DNA from: Thermoplasmatota archaeon
GTDB taxonomy: Archaea; Thermoplasmatota; E2; UBA202; JdFR-43
DNA: 47,127 nucleotides
Assembly: GCA_029259015.1 (NCBI GenBank)
Contig: JAPDJQ010000036.1
Span: 1-47,127, forward strand
Reading direction: 5' to 3'
Positions 1-9,032 of the stretch are shown here, in pieces. Numbering within the stretch: the first letter of the stretch is position 1; the number at the start of each line of letters is the position of its first letter. The notes beneath the pieces were generated by a model. That model did no database searches. It saw nothing but the letters and a program-made list of their open reading frames with translations, and was not told the origin of the DNA. Made by a program: the position numbers and the translations under genes.

Positions 1-216
1 AATTACTCCGTCTTCATCATGACTTCCTGCAGCAGTGAAGTAAACAGTTTCTCCTACATCTGGATGATGTGGAGCCCATGTAAATTCTGCTTCTGGAGGC
101 TTATCTCCTAGTGGAGAAGTATTCAAGTTTTTATTGATGGCAGTGGATAAAGATGCACAGATAAGCAGAGATATTAGCAAAACCAGGCTTTTTTTAAATA
201 CAACCACTCTTTTCAT
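1..216 (-). CDS. Secreted PKD-like domain protein, N-terminal fragment (rest of gene lies beyond window start)
   Basis: ATG at 216-214 (minus strand), preceded by a GGTGGGAGG SD-like site and a TTTTATATA box (~246-257). My translation is MKRVVVFKKSLVLLISLLICASLSTAINKN... (signal peptide), then FTWAPHHPDVGETVYFTAAGSHDEDGVI, which resembles the start of a PKD domain. It is absent from the ORF track because it is truncated by the window edge. Confidence 0.45.
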   Translation of the reverse strand, partial: MKRVVVFKKSLVLLISLLICASLSTAINKNLNTSPLGDKPPEAEFTWAPHHPDVGETVYFTAAGSHDEDGVI

Positions 217-357
217 CCTCCCACCTAATTTTAATAAATGAAAAGGGGTATATAAAACTTTGGTATTTGCAATCAAATTGTTAGCAATATCAATAAATGC
301 TGGTATGTTATTTAAATTATTTTTCGGACACTACTTACCTCATTCATCCATTATGCT

Positions 358-1590
358 TCATTCATTCACATATTTGAATATCCAAGCCTCGTATTCCTCA
401 CCCAATGAAGAAATTCCTACCGATGAAGCATGAATTTCATTTTTTCCGTCATTATCCATATCACCGATACAAGTTACAGCGAGTAAGCCATGTGTAGCTG
501 TAATAACATACTCTTCTTCATATTCCTCGCCATTCCATTGCAAAATGTGCACATAATTTGTTCCCACCGCTATCTCTTCCATGTCATCATCATCGACATC
601 TCCAACATCTATTGCTTCTATTGTTCCTTCCTCGCCATCCCAGTAAAAACTCGCTTTTTCAACGTATTTGCTGCCATCGTATTCATAGATTTTGAGCATC
701 GGAGCGTAAAAGGTGACATGAATCTCCGGCTTGCCATCACCATCGCTATCTTTAGAAACGCAGCCAAATGGATATGATTCATTGTGTTTTGCAATAATTT
801 CTGCATCCCAGCTGTTGCCATTCCAGTTTAATACTACAGTAGCGTTAGTATTGCATATTATTTCATTTAAGCCATCTTCATCCACATCCGCAATCCACGG
901 AAAGTAAACCCAGAAATTGCCTAGAGCATCCCATTCTGATTCTTTAACAAATTCATTTCCATTCCATTCAAGCACTATTACTTCTGCTACATTTGAATAG
1001 CCGCCAGTAACAACAACTTCGTTTTTTCCGTCATTGTTGCAATCGCCAACAATACAATCTAAAGTTGTTCCCCATCTTTTGCCATCATATACAACATACA
1101 TTCCCATCTTCTCATAGCCATGTCCATTCCACTTAAAGGCAGAAAAGTGATGACCCCAGGCAACACCTATCTCATTCTTCCCATCGTTATCTATATCAGC
1201 TACAGAAAAGCCTGTTGCGGAGCCAAATGGCTCTGGAATTCCCATGAAAGAATAACCAATGCCAAAAACAGGATCTATGATGCGCGCTGCCTCATAATAT
1301 GTTTTTCTACTTTCATCATATTTCATTATTCGAAGGAAAGGATCTCTTCCCCCTATAAGCAGCTCATTTTTTCCGTCGCCATCGCAATCACCAATAGGTT
1401 GCGGCCCTTCATAGCGGGCACTCCACCATGGCAGTCTCCCATAACTTTTCTGCCACTGTATGATGAATGAGTCAACGCTTTCTGCCATTTCGCTTTTTTC
1501 AATTATCTTTTCTCTAGGAAAAATTATCGGATTTGTAACAACAGGCAACATAAGAACGACAAGGATAAAAGCCACTATTTTTTCCTTCAT
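358..1590 (-). CDS. FG-GAP/VCBS-repeat beta-propeller surface protein with N-terminal signal/anchor
   Basis: 410-aa ORF with an N-terminal hydrophobic segment (KIVAFILVVLMLPVVT). It has seven Ca-binding-loop-like repeats: DCDGDGKNELLIGG, DIDNDGKNEIGV, GDCNNDGKNEVVV, ADVDEDGLNEII, KDSDGDGKPEIHV, GDVDDDDMEEIAV, GDMDNDGKNEIH. Confidence 0.8.
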   Translation of the reverse strand: MKEKIVAFILVVLMLPVVTNPIIFPREKIIEKSEMAESVDSFIIQWQKSYGRLPWWSARYEGPQPIGDCDGDGKNELLIGGRDPFLRIMKYDESRKTYYEAARIIDPVFGIGYSFMGIPEPFGSATGFSVADIDNDGKNEIGVAWGHHFSAFKWNGHGYEKMGMYVVYDGKRWGTTLDCIVGDCNNDGKNEVVVTGGYSNVAEVIVLEWNGNEFVKESEWDALGNFWVYFPWIADVDEDGLNEIICNTNATVVLNWNGNSWDAEIIAKHNESYPFGCVSKDSDGDGKPEIHVTFYAPMLKIYEYDGSKYVEKASFYWDGEEGTIEAIDVGDVDDDDMEEIAVGTNYVHILQWNGEEYEEEYVITATHGLLAVTCIGDMDNDGKNEIHASSVGISSLGEEYEAWIFKYVNE

Positions 1591-1662
1591 ATCAACGAAT
1601 TGTATGTGTTAATAAATTATTTTCCAATGCAAATATTTATTTTTCCTTTGCCTTCTATTCTT

Positions 1663-2403
1663 ATGATTCCTAAAAGCCATCCTCGCTATGAAAGCTTGAT
1701 GCTTCGTCAGAAAATTGCAGAAGGTGTTGAAAAAGGCATTGTTCATATCACTGGTTTGATAGCTCATGGGAGAGGAGAAGCTTTTGATTATTTAATTGGC
1801 GAAAAGAGTCAGCACTTTGCCATTGAAGCGGCGAAAGCAGCAGCTTCTTATATTAAAATTGCAAAACATCCAGTTATATCTGTAAATGGGAATGTTGCTG
1901 TTTTAGTTGCAGATGAAATAGTTAAACTTGCTGAAATAGCGGGAACAAAAATAGAAGTAAATTTATTTCACAGAAGCAAGGAGAGAATTAAAAAAATAAT
2001 TAAATTGCTGGAGGAAAGCGGAGGGAAAAACATACTTGGCTTGGAGGGAGATGCACGCATTCCTGGCTTGGAGCATGATAGAGCAATATGCAGTTATAAA
2101 GGTATATATAGTGCCGACGTTGTCCTTGTGCCCCTAGAAGATGGAGATAGATGTGAGGCATTGAAAAAAATGGGAAAAATTGTTTTAACCGTTGATCTGA
2201 ATCCTCTCTCAAGAACAGCAAGAAATGCAGATGTTACCATCGTCGATAATGTAATTAGAGCCATACCAAATATAAGAAAATTTTATGAGGAAATTAAAAA
2301 GCCAGAAGAAGTGATAAAAAGATGGGATAATCATAAAAATTTGCAAAATGCTCTGGATTTCATTTGCGAAAGATTGAAGAAAATTTATAAGGAAGAGTGT
2401 TAG
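1663..2403 (+). CDS. 4-phosphopantoate--beta-alanine ligase (archaeal phosphopantothenate synthetase family)
   Basis: The track start at 1600 is a TTG. The first ATG at 1663 gives MIPKSHPRYESLMLRQKIAEGVEKGIVHITGLIAHGRGEAFDYLIGEKS, which I recognise as the conserved N-terminus of the archaeal PPS family (recalled, not aligned). Confidence 0.7.
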   Translation: MIPKSHPRYESLMLRQKIAEGVEKGIVHITGLIAHGRGEAFDYLIGEKSQHFAIEAAKAAASYIKIAKHPVISVNGNVAVLVADEIVKLAEIAGTKIEVNLFHRSKERIKKIIKLLEESGGKNILGLEGDARIPGLEHDRAICSYKGIYSADVVLVPLEDGDRCEALKKMGKIVLTVDLNPLSRTARNADVTIVDNVIRAIPNIRKFYEEIKKPEEVIKRWDNHKNLQNALDFICERLKKIYKEEC

Positions 2404-3557
2404 CCACTCTGCTTTTCCACTTTGTTTTCCTTTTCTTCTCTATAAACCACTTTCAGCAATACGGGAGTAAGCAAAGAAGAAATTATAACCAGCAGTATTG
2501 TAGCAGCCAGCACCTGGTGGGCCAGTGTTTCACTAAATATTCCCATTGCTATCTCTGTTGTTACTACAACCAAAGCCACCTCCATACGAGGCATCATGCC
2601 TACACCAACAGCTATAGCATCTCTTGTGTTAAACTTGCATATTTTTGCCCCCATGGAGCAACCAATAATCTTTCCAATTAAAGCCATTGGGATAAATAGT
2701 AACACTAACACTCCAATATCTTTCAAAGCATAAAAATCAAAGGATGCTCCAACCCAAACGAAAAAGAGAGGAATGAAAAATATTTCTCCCATCTGCCTGC
2801 TGAATTCATTTATCCTTCTTCTTTGAGGTAGATTGCTAAAAACTAAACCAGCAAAAAATGCACCAGTTATTGCAGCCAGTCCCAAACTTTTTGCTAATGC
2901 TGAAAATATGAGCGCAAAGGAAATAGCAGAAGTTAAAATAAGGCGAGGAACATGAACTTTAATATCCTTAATTCTGATTATTACAAAAACAGCAATTATG
3001 AATAATAGGAAGAATAGGAAAACCTTCATTATTAACAGCAATGGTTCTCCCTGTCCAAGAGTAAAGGAAAGAATTATTATTCCTAACAGGTCATCTAAAA
3101 CTGCAACTGTTAAAATTAATTCCCCTACTTTTGAATGTAAAGCATGCATCTCCATTAATGTTCTTACTGTAATACCAACACTTGTTGCAACAAATATATT
3201 TCCTATTGCAATACTTGTCTTTATATCATATCCCAAGGTATATCCTGCAAAATATCCAAAAATAAAAGCAATGGCAACATCGAACATAGATGTAATTATT
3301 CCATTTTTTCCTGCTGTTTTTATTTCTTCTATTCCTATCTCTAACCCTGAAATAAAAAGGAGAAGGATTATGCCAAGTTGAGCAATTCCTTCTGTCTCTG
3401 GTGAGAGATATTCTATTCCAAAAAATTTGCCTGCTATGAATGGTCCAATTATAATACCTGCTAAAATCTCTCCTATGACTGCTGGCTGCTTTATTCTTTC
3501 TAATGCATAGCCCGCTAATTTTGCCAGGATTAACGCTATACCTATTTCCAGCAACAT
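2400..3557 (-). CDS. CPA2-family monovalent cation:proton antiporter (Kef/NapA-like)
   Basis: 385 aa and hydrophobic throughout (multi-pass). The N-terminus MLLEIGIALILAKLAGYALERIKQPAVIGEILAGIIIGP is typical of Na+/H+ exchanger family proteins. No fused KTN/RCK domain. Confidence 0.85.
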   Translation of the reverse strand: MLLEIGIALILAKLAGYALERIKQPAVIGEILAGIIIGPFIAGKFFGIEYLSPETEGIAQLGIILLLFISGLEIGIEEIKTAGKNGIITSMFDVAIAFIFGYFAGYTLGYDIKTSIAIGNIFVATSVGITVRTLMEMHALHSKVGELILTVAVLDDLLGIIILSFTLGQGEPLLLIMKVFLFFLLFIIAVFVIIRIKDIKVHVPRLILTSAISFALIFSALAKSLGLAAITGAFFAGLVFSNLPQRRRINEFSRQMGEIFFIPLFFVWVGASFDFYALKDIGVLVLLFIPMALIGKIIGCSMGAKICKFNTRDAIAVGVGMMPRMEVALVVVTTEIAMGIFSETLAHQVLAATILLVIISSLLTPVLLKVVYREEKENKVEKQSG

Positions 3558-4066
3558 TATCTCTTGCCTAGCAATATTTGAAGTATATAATGAACTGTAA
3601 TCTCTCCGACTATTTCGTCCTTTTCAACAACAGGCAATCTTCTAACTCTGGTATTTACCATTCTCGCTAACACTTCTCCAACTTTATCCTCCAGAGAGCA
3701 TTTTATGAGTTGTTTATGCATTATGTCTTTTGCTTTCTTGGCTGTGCCATAATGTAAAGATATACCATATCTTTTGCCAAAAACATATTTTGGAAGATGA
3801 TGGGGAGCCAAAAGGCGTAATATATCACTTTCTGTTATAACACCGCATAATTTTTTGCTTCCTTTTTCTTCAACAATCCATACATGGTCTCTGCCAGTTA
3901 AAACAGATAAAACTTCTTCAATGCTCGCATCCTTATCCAGAATGGGCATATTCCACAATTGCTTTTCATCAAGTATTTCCTTTATTTTTTTCTCGTGCAA
4001 TTCTTTCAGTTCCACAATGTGAAATATAAAAGATAAAATAAAGGTTTGGAAAAAACATGAATACAA
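3557..4066 (-). CDS. CBS-domain pair protein (start uncertain; in-frame GTG at 4015 is an alternative)
   Basis: Two CBS-like modules (HVWIVEEKGSKKLCGVITESDILRLL and RRLPVVEKDEIVGEITVHYILQIL). Its stop overlaps the antiporter start in a TAATG arrangement at 3555-3559. The first 17 codons are hydrophobic and would leave almost no promoter space before the divergent serS. Confidence 0.75.
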   Translation of the reverse strand: MYSCFFQTFILSFIFHIVELKELHEKKIKEILDEKQLWNMPILDKDASIEEVLSVLTGRDHVWIVEEKGSKKLCGVITESDILRLLAPHHLPKYVFGKRYGISLHYGTAKKAKDIMHKQLIKCSLEDKVGEVLARMVNTRVRRLPVVEKDEIVGEITVHYILQILLGKR

Positions 4067-4093
4067 ATTTAAATTCCCTGGTATTTATCCTTT

Positions 4094-5554
4094 ATGAAAT
4101 TTGATTTGAAATGCAGCATTCAACTGAGCAGGGAAGCAGAAGAGATTGCAGATGAATTGCAGGAATTTGTAAAAAACATAGATGTTGACGCTGATTTAAA
4201 ATTAAAAATTGAAGGAAATGAGCTGCTAATTCATATATTATCTCATGAAAAAAGAAGTCATCAGATTGTTCTCCAGCTGTATAAACAACTTGCCATATTT
4301 TTTGGAAAGCGCAAGATAGGATTAAGGGGTATTCATGTTGATGAATATGAAATTGAATTTGAAGTGGAAAAAAAGCCCTTGAAAGAAATTTCCATACCTT
4401 TTGCCGATTTGAAAATAAATGATAAAATCGTTGTAATGAAAATAGCGAATAAGGAAGAGGATTTTTTGAGGGAAGGATACGTGGACAGAATGATCAGGCT
4501 TGTTAAGGAAAAAATAGACAAACAGTATTATGAAGGAAAAAAGGAATACTGGCAGCTTTTGTGGCAAAGCGAGGAGAAAGAACATGTATGGGATAAGGAT
4601 CCTTCAGAAGAAATGCAAAAGAGAGGATGGATTAAGTTGATGAGCAAGGGAAAATGGTTTTATTTTCCTCCAGCTGCCGCTATCATGAGAGCGATGGAGA
4701 GAATCGCTCTCGAAGAAATTGTTGCGCCTCTGGGCTTCAAAGAAATTATTCAGCCAATGCATGTTTCCTTTGCCACGTGGATAAAAACAGGACATCTTGA
4801 AGGAATGCCAGGAGAAATATATTACATATGTGAGCCAGAAAGCAGGGAAATAGAAGAATGGGAAAAATTTGTTGATTTATTAAAGATAACTAAGCAGGTG
4901 GATGAAAAAGAGCTTTTGAAGAACTTAAAACCACCTAAAACTGGGGTGTGCTATGCTCAATGCCCTAACATATATGCTGCGCTAGCTGGAAAAACTATAG
5001 CTGAAGAAAGTCTGCCATTACTCATTTTTGACCATTCAACACCTTCTGATAGATACGAAGCTGGAGGAAAACATGGAATAGAAAGAGTTGATGAATTTCA
5101 TAGGATAGAGATTGTTTATATTGGAACAAAAGAGCAACTCTTGGATATAAGAGAAAAATTAATTGAAAGATATAAATATGTATTCAACAACATACTCGAC
5201 TTGGAATGGAGAATGGCAAGAGTCACACCTTTTTATCTCCAGCAGGCAGGTATAGCCGGCGGAGAAGAAAATGAAATAAAGGGTACCATTGATTTTGAAG
5301 CTTACTTACCATATCGTGGGGATCGGAGCAAGGAATGGCTTGAAATACAGAATATTTCCATTGTAGGGGACAAATACATTAAAGCATTCAATATAAAAGC
5401 ACAGAAAAGCCAGCTTTGGAGTGGATGCTCAGGGATAGGCTTGGAAAGATGGATGGTTGCATTTCTAGCACAAAAAGGCATGGAGCCAGAAAACTGGCCA
5501 GATGGCTTCAAGAAATACCTGAATAAGCTGCCGGAGATACCAAAGTTCCTGTAA
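4094..5554 (+). CDS. serS: Seryl-tRNA synthetase, methanogen-type (atypical zinc-dependent class II)
   Basis: 486 aa, collinear with the atypical SerRS of methanogens as I recall it. Matching motifs: YWQLLWQ, WFYFPPAAAIMRAMERI, GVCYAQCP, GGKHGIERVDEFHRIEIVYIGTKE, LEWRMARVTPF, AYLPYRG, LWSGCSGIGLERWMVAFLAQKG (class II motif 3), and the C-terminal ENWPDGF...FL. It also has the N-terminal ~170-aa extension. Confidence 0.85.
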   Translation: MKFDLKCSIQLSREAEEIADELQEFVKNIDVDADLKLKIEGNELLIHILSHEKRSHQIVLQLYKQLAIFFGKRKIGLRGIHVDEYEIEFEVEKKPLKEISIPFADLKINDKIVVMKIANKEEDFLREGYVDRMIRLVKEKIDKQYYEGKKEYWQLLWQSEEKEHVWDKDPSEEMQKRGWIKLMSKGKWFYFPPAAAIMRAMERIALEEIVAPLGFKEIIQPMHVSFATWIKTGHLEGMPGEIYYICEPESREIEEWEKFVDLLKITKQVDEKELLKNLKPPKTGVCYAQCPNIYAALAGKTIAEESLPLLIFDHSTPSDRYEAGGKHGIERVDEFHRIEIVYIGTKEQLLDIREKLIERYKYVFNNILDLEWRMARVTPFYLQQAGIAGGEENEIKGTIDFEAYLPYRGDRSKEWLEIQNISIVGDKYIKAFNIKAQKSQLWSGCSGIGLERWMVAFLAQKGMEPENWPDGFKKYLNKLPEIPKFL

Positions 5555-5626
5555 TTAAAATAAAATTTAACGAAATTAAAATTTATCTTAAAAAAATTGT
5601 TTTATTTATATCAGAATATAAGGCTA

Positions 5627-6994
5627 ATGCTCAAGATACAGAATTATAAAGATAAAATAAATCCTTTATTGGGAAATTATATTCCATCTTCAATTTCAAC
5701 TCCTGCTGAAAAAGCTTTATATGATGTGGACAGTATGTTTGGTTTGCCTGAAAAAGAGGCAAATGAATACAGGTTTAAAGCAATAAAATATGCTTTTAAG
5801 CACCATTATGAAAATAATAGATTTTACAGAAACATATGCAAGGAAAAAGGAATTACACCTGATGATATAAAAAGTATTGAAGACTTCAATAAGATTCCTT
5901 TGATACCCCATACATTCTTTAAGGATTATCCATATGGTAGAGATTTTGCGGTATGGCTTGCAAATTTAATGAGTATAGAAATTCCGAAAATAGTTATCAA
6001 AGGAAAAAATCCATCTTTTGATGATGTTATCGATGCTTTTCAACAAGCAGGTATAACAGTTTGCTATAGCAGTGGAACAACAGGAAAATTTACTTTTATT
6101 CCAAGAGATGAAAAAACCTACAAGATGGGACAATATGCAATAGCAAGATGTTCCTTGGAAATGCTTCATCATTGGTATGATCATGATAGCAGTGCATACC
6201 TATTATTCCCGAATCCAAAAAAGACCAACATTTATGTTGGTAAGGTAACCAATGTTCTATTTGATTTAGTTAGGGATGTAAGAGTAGCCATCGATAGAAA
6301 AATAACTACAGATTTACTGAGAATATCCATGGGAGTCACGTTCAACTTTAAAGAAAAAATGATGAGTAAATTGGTAAAGGCAGCAAACAGGAAAATGAAT
6401 GAAGAAATGATTAATAACATAATAAACTGGGTTGAAAGGATGGATAGAAAAAGAGAAAGGATTCTCTTTACTGGTGCTCCCTTCATTTTAGACATGGTTA
6501 TGGACAGGCTTATTGAAGAAGGAAAAACATACGATTTTGGAGAAAGAGGAGGAGTCTTAACTGGAGGGGGATGGAAAACACACGAAGAAAAAAGAATGCC
6601 AGTAGAAGGATTTAGAAAGAAAGTTGAGAAAGTATTTGGTATACCTCCAGAAAATTGCTTGGATTTATATGCTATGGTGGAAGCCAATGGATTCATGGTG
6701 CATTGCCCAGAAGGACATTATCTACACATTCCGACAACCTATTTCCATCCAATGGTTTTGGATGAGGATGGTGAACAAGTAAGCTATGAAGAAAAAGGAA
6801 GATTTGCATTTTTGGATAGTCTAGCTATGAGTTATCCTGGATTTATATTAACCGGAGATGAAGTTAAAATACATGAGCGTTGCCCAATTTGTGAGAGAGA
6901 GGGACCAGTTTTAGAGCCGGAGGTAAAAAGGATAAAGGGAGAGGAAATAAGAGGATGTGCAGAGGAAATGAGAAGAATTATACTGGAGGGTTAA
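5627..6994 (+). CDS. LuxE/PaaK-like adenylate-forming enzyme (acyl-protein synthetase family)
   Basis: The track start at 5597 is TTG; the first ATG is at 5627. Motifs: FKHHYENNRFYRNICKEKGITPDDIKSIEDFNKIPLIPHTFFKDY (LuxE/PaaK N-terminal signature), YSSGTTGKFTFIPRD (AMP-binding P-loop), LTGGGWKT, YAMVEANG. The C-terminus is Cys-containing (CPICEREG...RGCAE). Confidence 0.7.
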   Translation: MLKIQNYKDKINPLLGNYIPSSISTPAEKALYDVDSMFGLPEKEANEYRFKAIKYAFKHHYENNRFYRNICKEKGITPDDIKSIEDFNKIPLIPHTFFKDYPYGRDFAVWLANLMSIEIPKIVIKGKNPSFDDVIDAFQQAGITVCYSSGTTGKFTFIPRDEKTYKMGQYAIARCSLEMLHHWYDHDSSAYLLFPNPKKTNIYVGKVTNVLFDLVRDVRVAIDRKITTDLLRISMGVTFNFKEKMMSKLVKAANRKMNEEMINNIINWVERMDRKRERILFTGAPFILDMVMDRLIEEGKTYDFGERGGVLTGGGWKTHEEKRMPVEGFRKKVEKVFGIPPENCLDLYAMVEANGFMVHCPEGHYLHIPTTYFHPMVLDEDGEQVSYEEKGRFAFLDSLAMSYPGFILTGDEVKIHERCPICEREGPVLEPEVKRIKGEEIRGCAEEMRRIILEG

Positions 6995-6995
6995 A

Positions 6996-7961
6996 ATGAT
7001 TGGGGAATGGAGAGAAAAAGGATATATAATTCCATGGAAAATGCTTAGAGTTACACTGGGAGCGATGCCCCCATTAGTCAAAATGATTGTAAGGCATCCA
7101 GTGTATATAATGAAAAGCAATGCTGCTGCCAAGAAAAATCCAGTGGAATATGATCCTCCTCGTTACGAAATACCAGAATATAAGGAAGGAATGCCATATT
7201 GTAAATCAAATGAAAAATATCTCCGCCCTACTCATCTGTGCAATCCACATGCTAAAGAAATCATAGCAATGGCGAACGAGCTTGGAGCATATAAGGAAGA
7301 TGCATGGACATTTGCAAATAACGTATTTAATTTTGTGAAAAAAAATATAAAACTGGCTTTCGTTGGACTTGATAGAGAAGTGGATACGTTAAAGAGAGGG
7401 ACAGGAACATGTATTCATCAGCTTTCACTATTTGCAGCCTTATGCAGGGCTGGAGGACTTAAAGCAAGATATAAACTTTACAGCCTTGCTCTGGTTGAGC
7501 CTTTATATCAGAATATGATAGAGGTGTCGCCAATAATGAAAGGATGGTATGATGCTCTCGGCGCTTTCATGCTTCACGGGACAGCAGAAGTATATGTAGA
7601 TGGCAAATGGGTGACAGCAGATCCAACCTTTACGCCAGAGTATGAAGCTGCCATGGGACTGCCTCTTGCAAAGCTGGGTGACGATCCGTTGGGCATATGG
7701 AATTACCCTGTGGAGGGTACAACAATGCTTCTTGAAGGACTTCCATATGGTGTAGGAATAGCATGGAACTTCCTAGTTAATTTTCTGGCAAAAGGAGAAA
7801 GGATTAAAATAGATAGGAACATGGAAAAAGCAAGGCAGATGGGAAAGAAAATACTTGAAGAAATGGGCGAAGAGGAATATGACAGGAAGGCCAGAGCAAA
7901 ATATAAGGCAAAGATTCCGAAAATTACGCTCGAAAAATGCCCCAATCTTGTTTTTAAATGA
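6996..7961 (+). CDS. Transglutaminase-like (Cys-His-Asp) superfamily protein
   Basis: GTGTCIHQLSLFAALCRAGGLKARY (catalytic Cys context) and HGTAEVYVDGKWVTADPT (His and Asp context). It starts 1 nt after the stop of the upstream ligase-like gene. Confidence 0.75.
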   Translation: MIGEWREKGYIIPWKMLRVTLGAMPPLVKMIVRHPVYIMKSNAAAKKNPVEYDPPRYEIPEYKEGMPYCKSNEKYLRPTHLCNPHAKEIIAMANELGAYKEDAWTFANNVFNFVKKNIKLAFVGLDREVDTLKRGTGTCIHQLSLFAALCRAGGLKARYKLYSLALVEPLYQNMIEVSPIMKGWYDALGAFMLHGTAEVYVDGKWVTADPTFTPEYEAAMGLPLAKLGDDPLGIWNYPVEGTTMLLEGLPYGVGIAWNFLVNFLAKGERIKIDRNMEKARQMGKKILEEMGEEEYDRKARAKYKAKIPKITLEKCPNLVFK

Positions 7962-8407
7962 AATTTATTTGCGATGAAATGCTCGGGACACTGGCGAAAT
8001 GGTTGCGCATTTTGGGGTATGATACAAAATATGTAAAAAATATGAGTGATGAAAAAATAATTGAAATTGCAAGAAGAGAGCAGAGAATTGTTCTTACAAG
8101 AGATAAAATGCTTGCAAGAAAGGCAGATAAAGCATTATATATAAATGAAAAAGAACTGGAAAAACAGATAGAAAAAGTTTTTGAAAACTTTAATTTGAAG
8201 GTGGAACGTGATAAAATATTATCCAGATGCACAATATGCAATATACCTGTTGTCAAAATAGAAAAGGAAAATGTGAAAGAAAAGGTGCCTGAACATGTGT
8301 GGGAAAGCCAGGAAGAATTCTGGATTTGTCCGCAATGTCATAGAATCTACTGGATGGGGAGCCATTGGGATAATATGGCAGACAAAATAAAAAAATTGAA
8401 GCGATAG
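7958..8407 (+). CDS. Mut7-C domain protein (PIN-like RNase fold plus C-terminal zinc ribbon)
   Basis: MKFICDEMLGTLAKWLRILGYDT..RIVLTRDK..RCTICN..WICPQCHRIYWMGSHW matches the Mut7-C/DUF82 pattern. ATGA overlap with the upstream gene at 7958-7961. Confidence 0.8.
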   Translation: MKFICDEMLGTLAKWLRILGYDTKYVKNMSDEKIIEIARREQRIVLTRDKMLARKADKALYINEKELEKQIEKVFENFNLKVERDKILSRCTICNIPVVKIEKENVKEKVPEHVWESQEEFWICPQCHRIYWMGSHWDNMADKIKKLKR

Positions 8408-8962
8408 TCACCAGAGTTTTCCTTTATAGTAAGGCGAGAGAGGGCATCCAAGACATTTTCCATTTATATAATATTTACAATCCTGACACTGACACAAGGA
8501 ACAGGAAGCTTCGTTATTCATTTTTAATGGCATTATGAAATTTGGATAGGAAGAGAGAATCACTTTTATGTCATCTTTTCCAAATCTCTTTTTGGCTATT
8601 GATTCCAGACTAGAAAAATCTTCGCTCACAATATAAAGTGTTTTTGCATCTTCTGTTTCAATCATTCCAAGAATATATGGACATATCTCCAAGCTTTCTA
8701 TTTTTTCGTCTTTGCCCATCTCAATTTTTGCAACATGCAATCCAGCCCTTTTTATGTCAACACCAACATTACAAGCAATCAATCCCTTCTCTTTCAGTCT
8801 TTTTATTCTTGCACTTACTGATGGCTGCGATAATTCAACCATTCTAGCAATTTCGTTTTGGGATAACTTTGGATTTTCCTGCATCAAATTAATTATCTTT
8901 CTATCAATATCATCCAGCTTAACATCAATCAAGGGAACACCATATAAATAAGATTTTTGCAT
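8408..8962 (-). CDS. HTH regulator (Lrp/AsnC-type N-terminal wHTH) with Cys-rich C-terminal domain
   Basis: DDIDRKIINLMQENPKLSQNEIARMVELSQPSVSARIKRLKEKGLI is an AsnC-type HTH. The C-terminus CSLCQCQDCKYYINGKCLGCP replaces the usual RAM effector domain. Confidence 0.65.
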   Translation of the reverse strand: MQKSYLYGVPLIDVKLDDIDRKIINLMQENPKLSQNEIARMVELSQPSVSARIKRLKEKGLIACNVGVDIKRAGLHVAKIEMGKDEKIESLEICPYILGMIETEDAKTLYIVSEDFSSLESIAKKRFGKDDIKVILSSYPNFIMPLKMNNEASCSLCQCQDCKYYINGKCLGCPLSPYYKGKLW

Positions 8963-9032
8963 TTAAAACTTTTATGAATTATAAGAGTATGCCAATAAAT
9001 AAAAATTTATACCCCTTTCAATTTTAATTCAC

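Noticed and set aside
1600-1662. Upstream extensions of track ORFs that begin at TTG or other non-ATG codons or at far-upstream codons (1600, 5597, 10419, 17050, 19133, 19627, 20003, 20904, 41769)
   Set aside because: In each case a downstream ATG sits behind an SD-like or TATA element and coincides with the start of family homology. Several extensions would also overlap the preceding gene.
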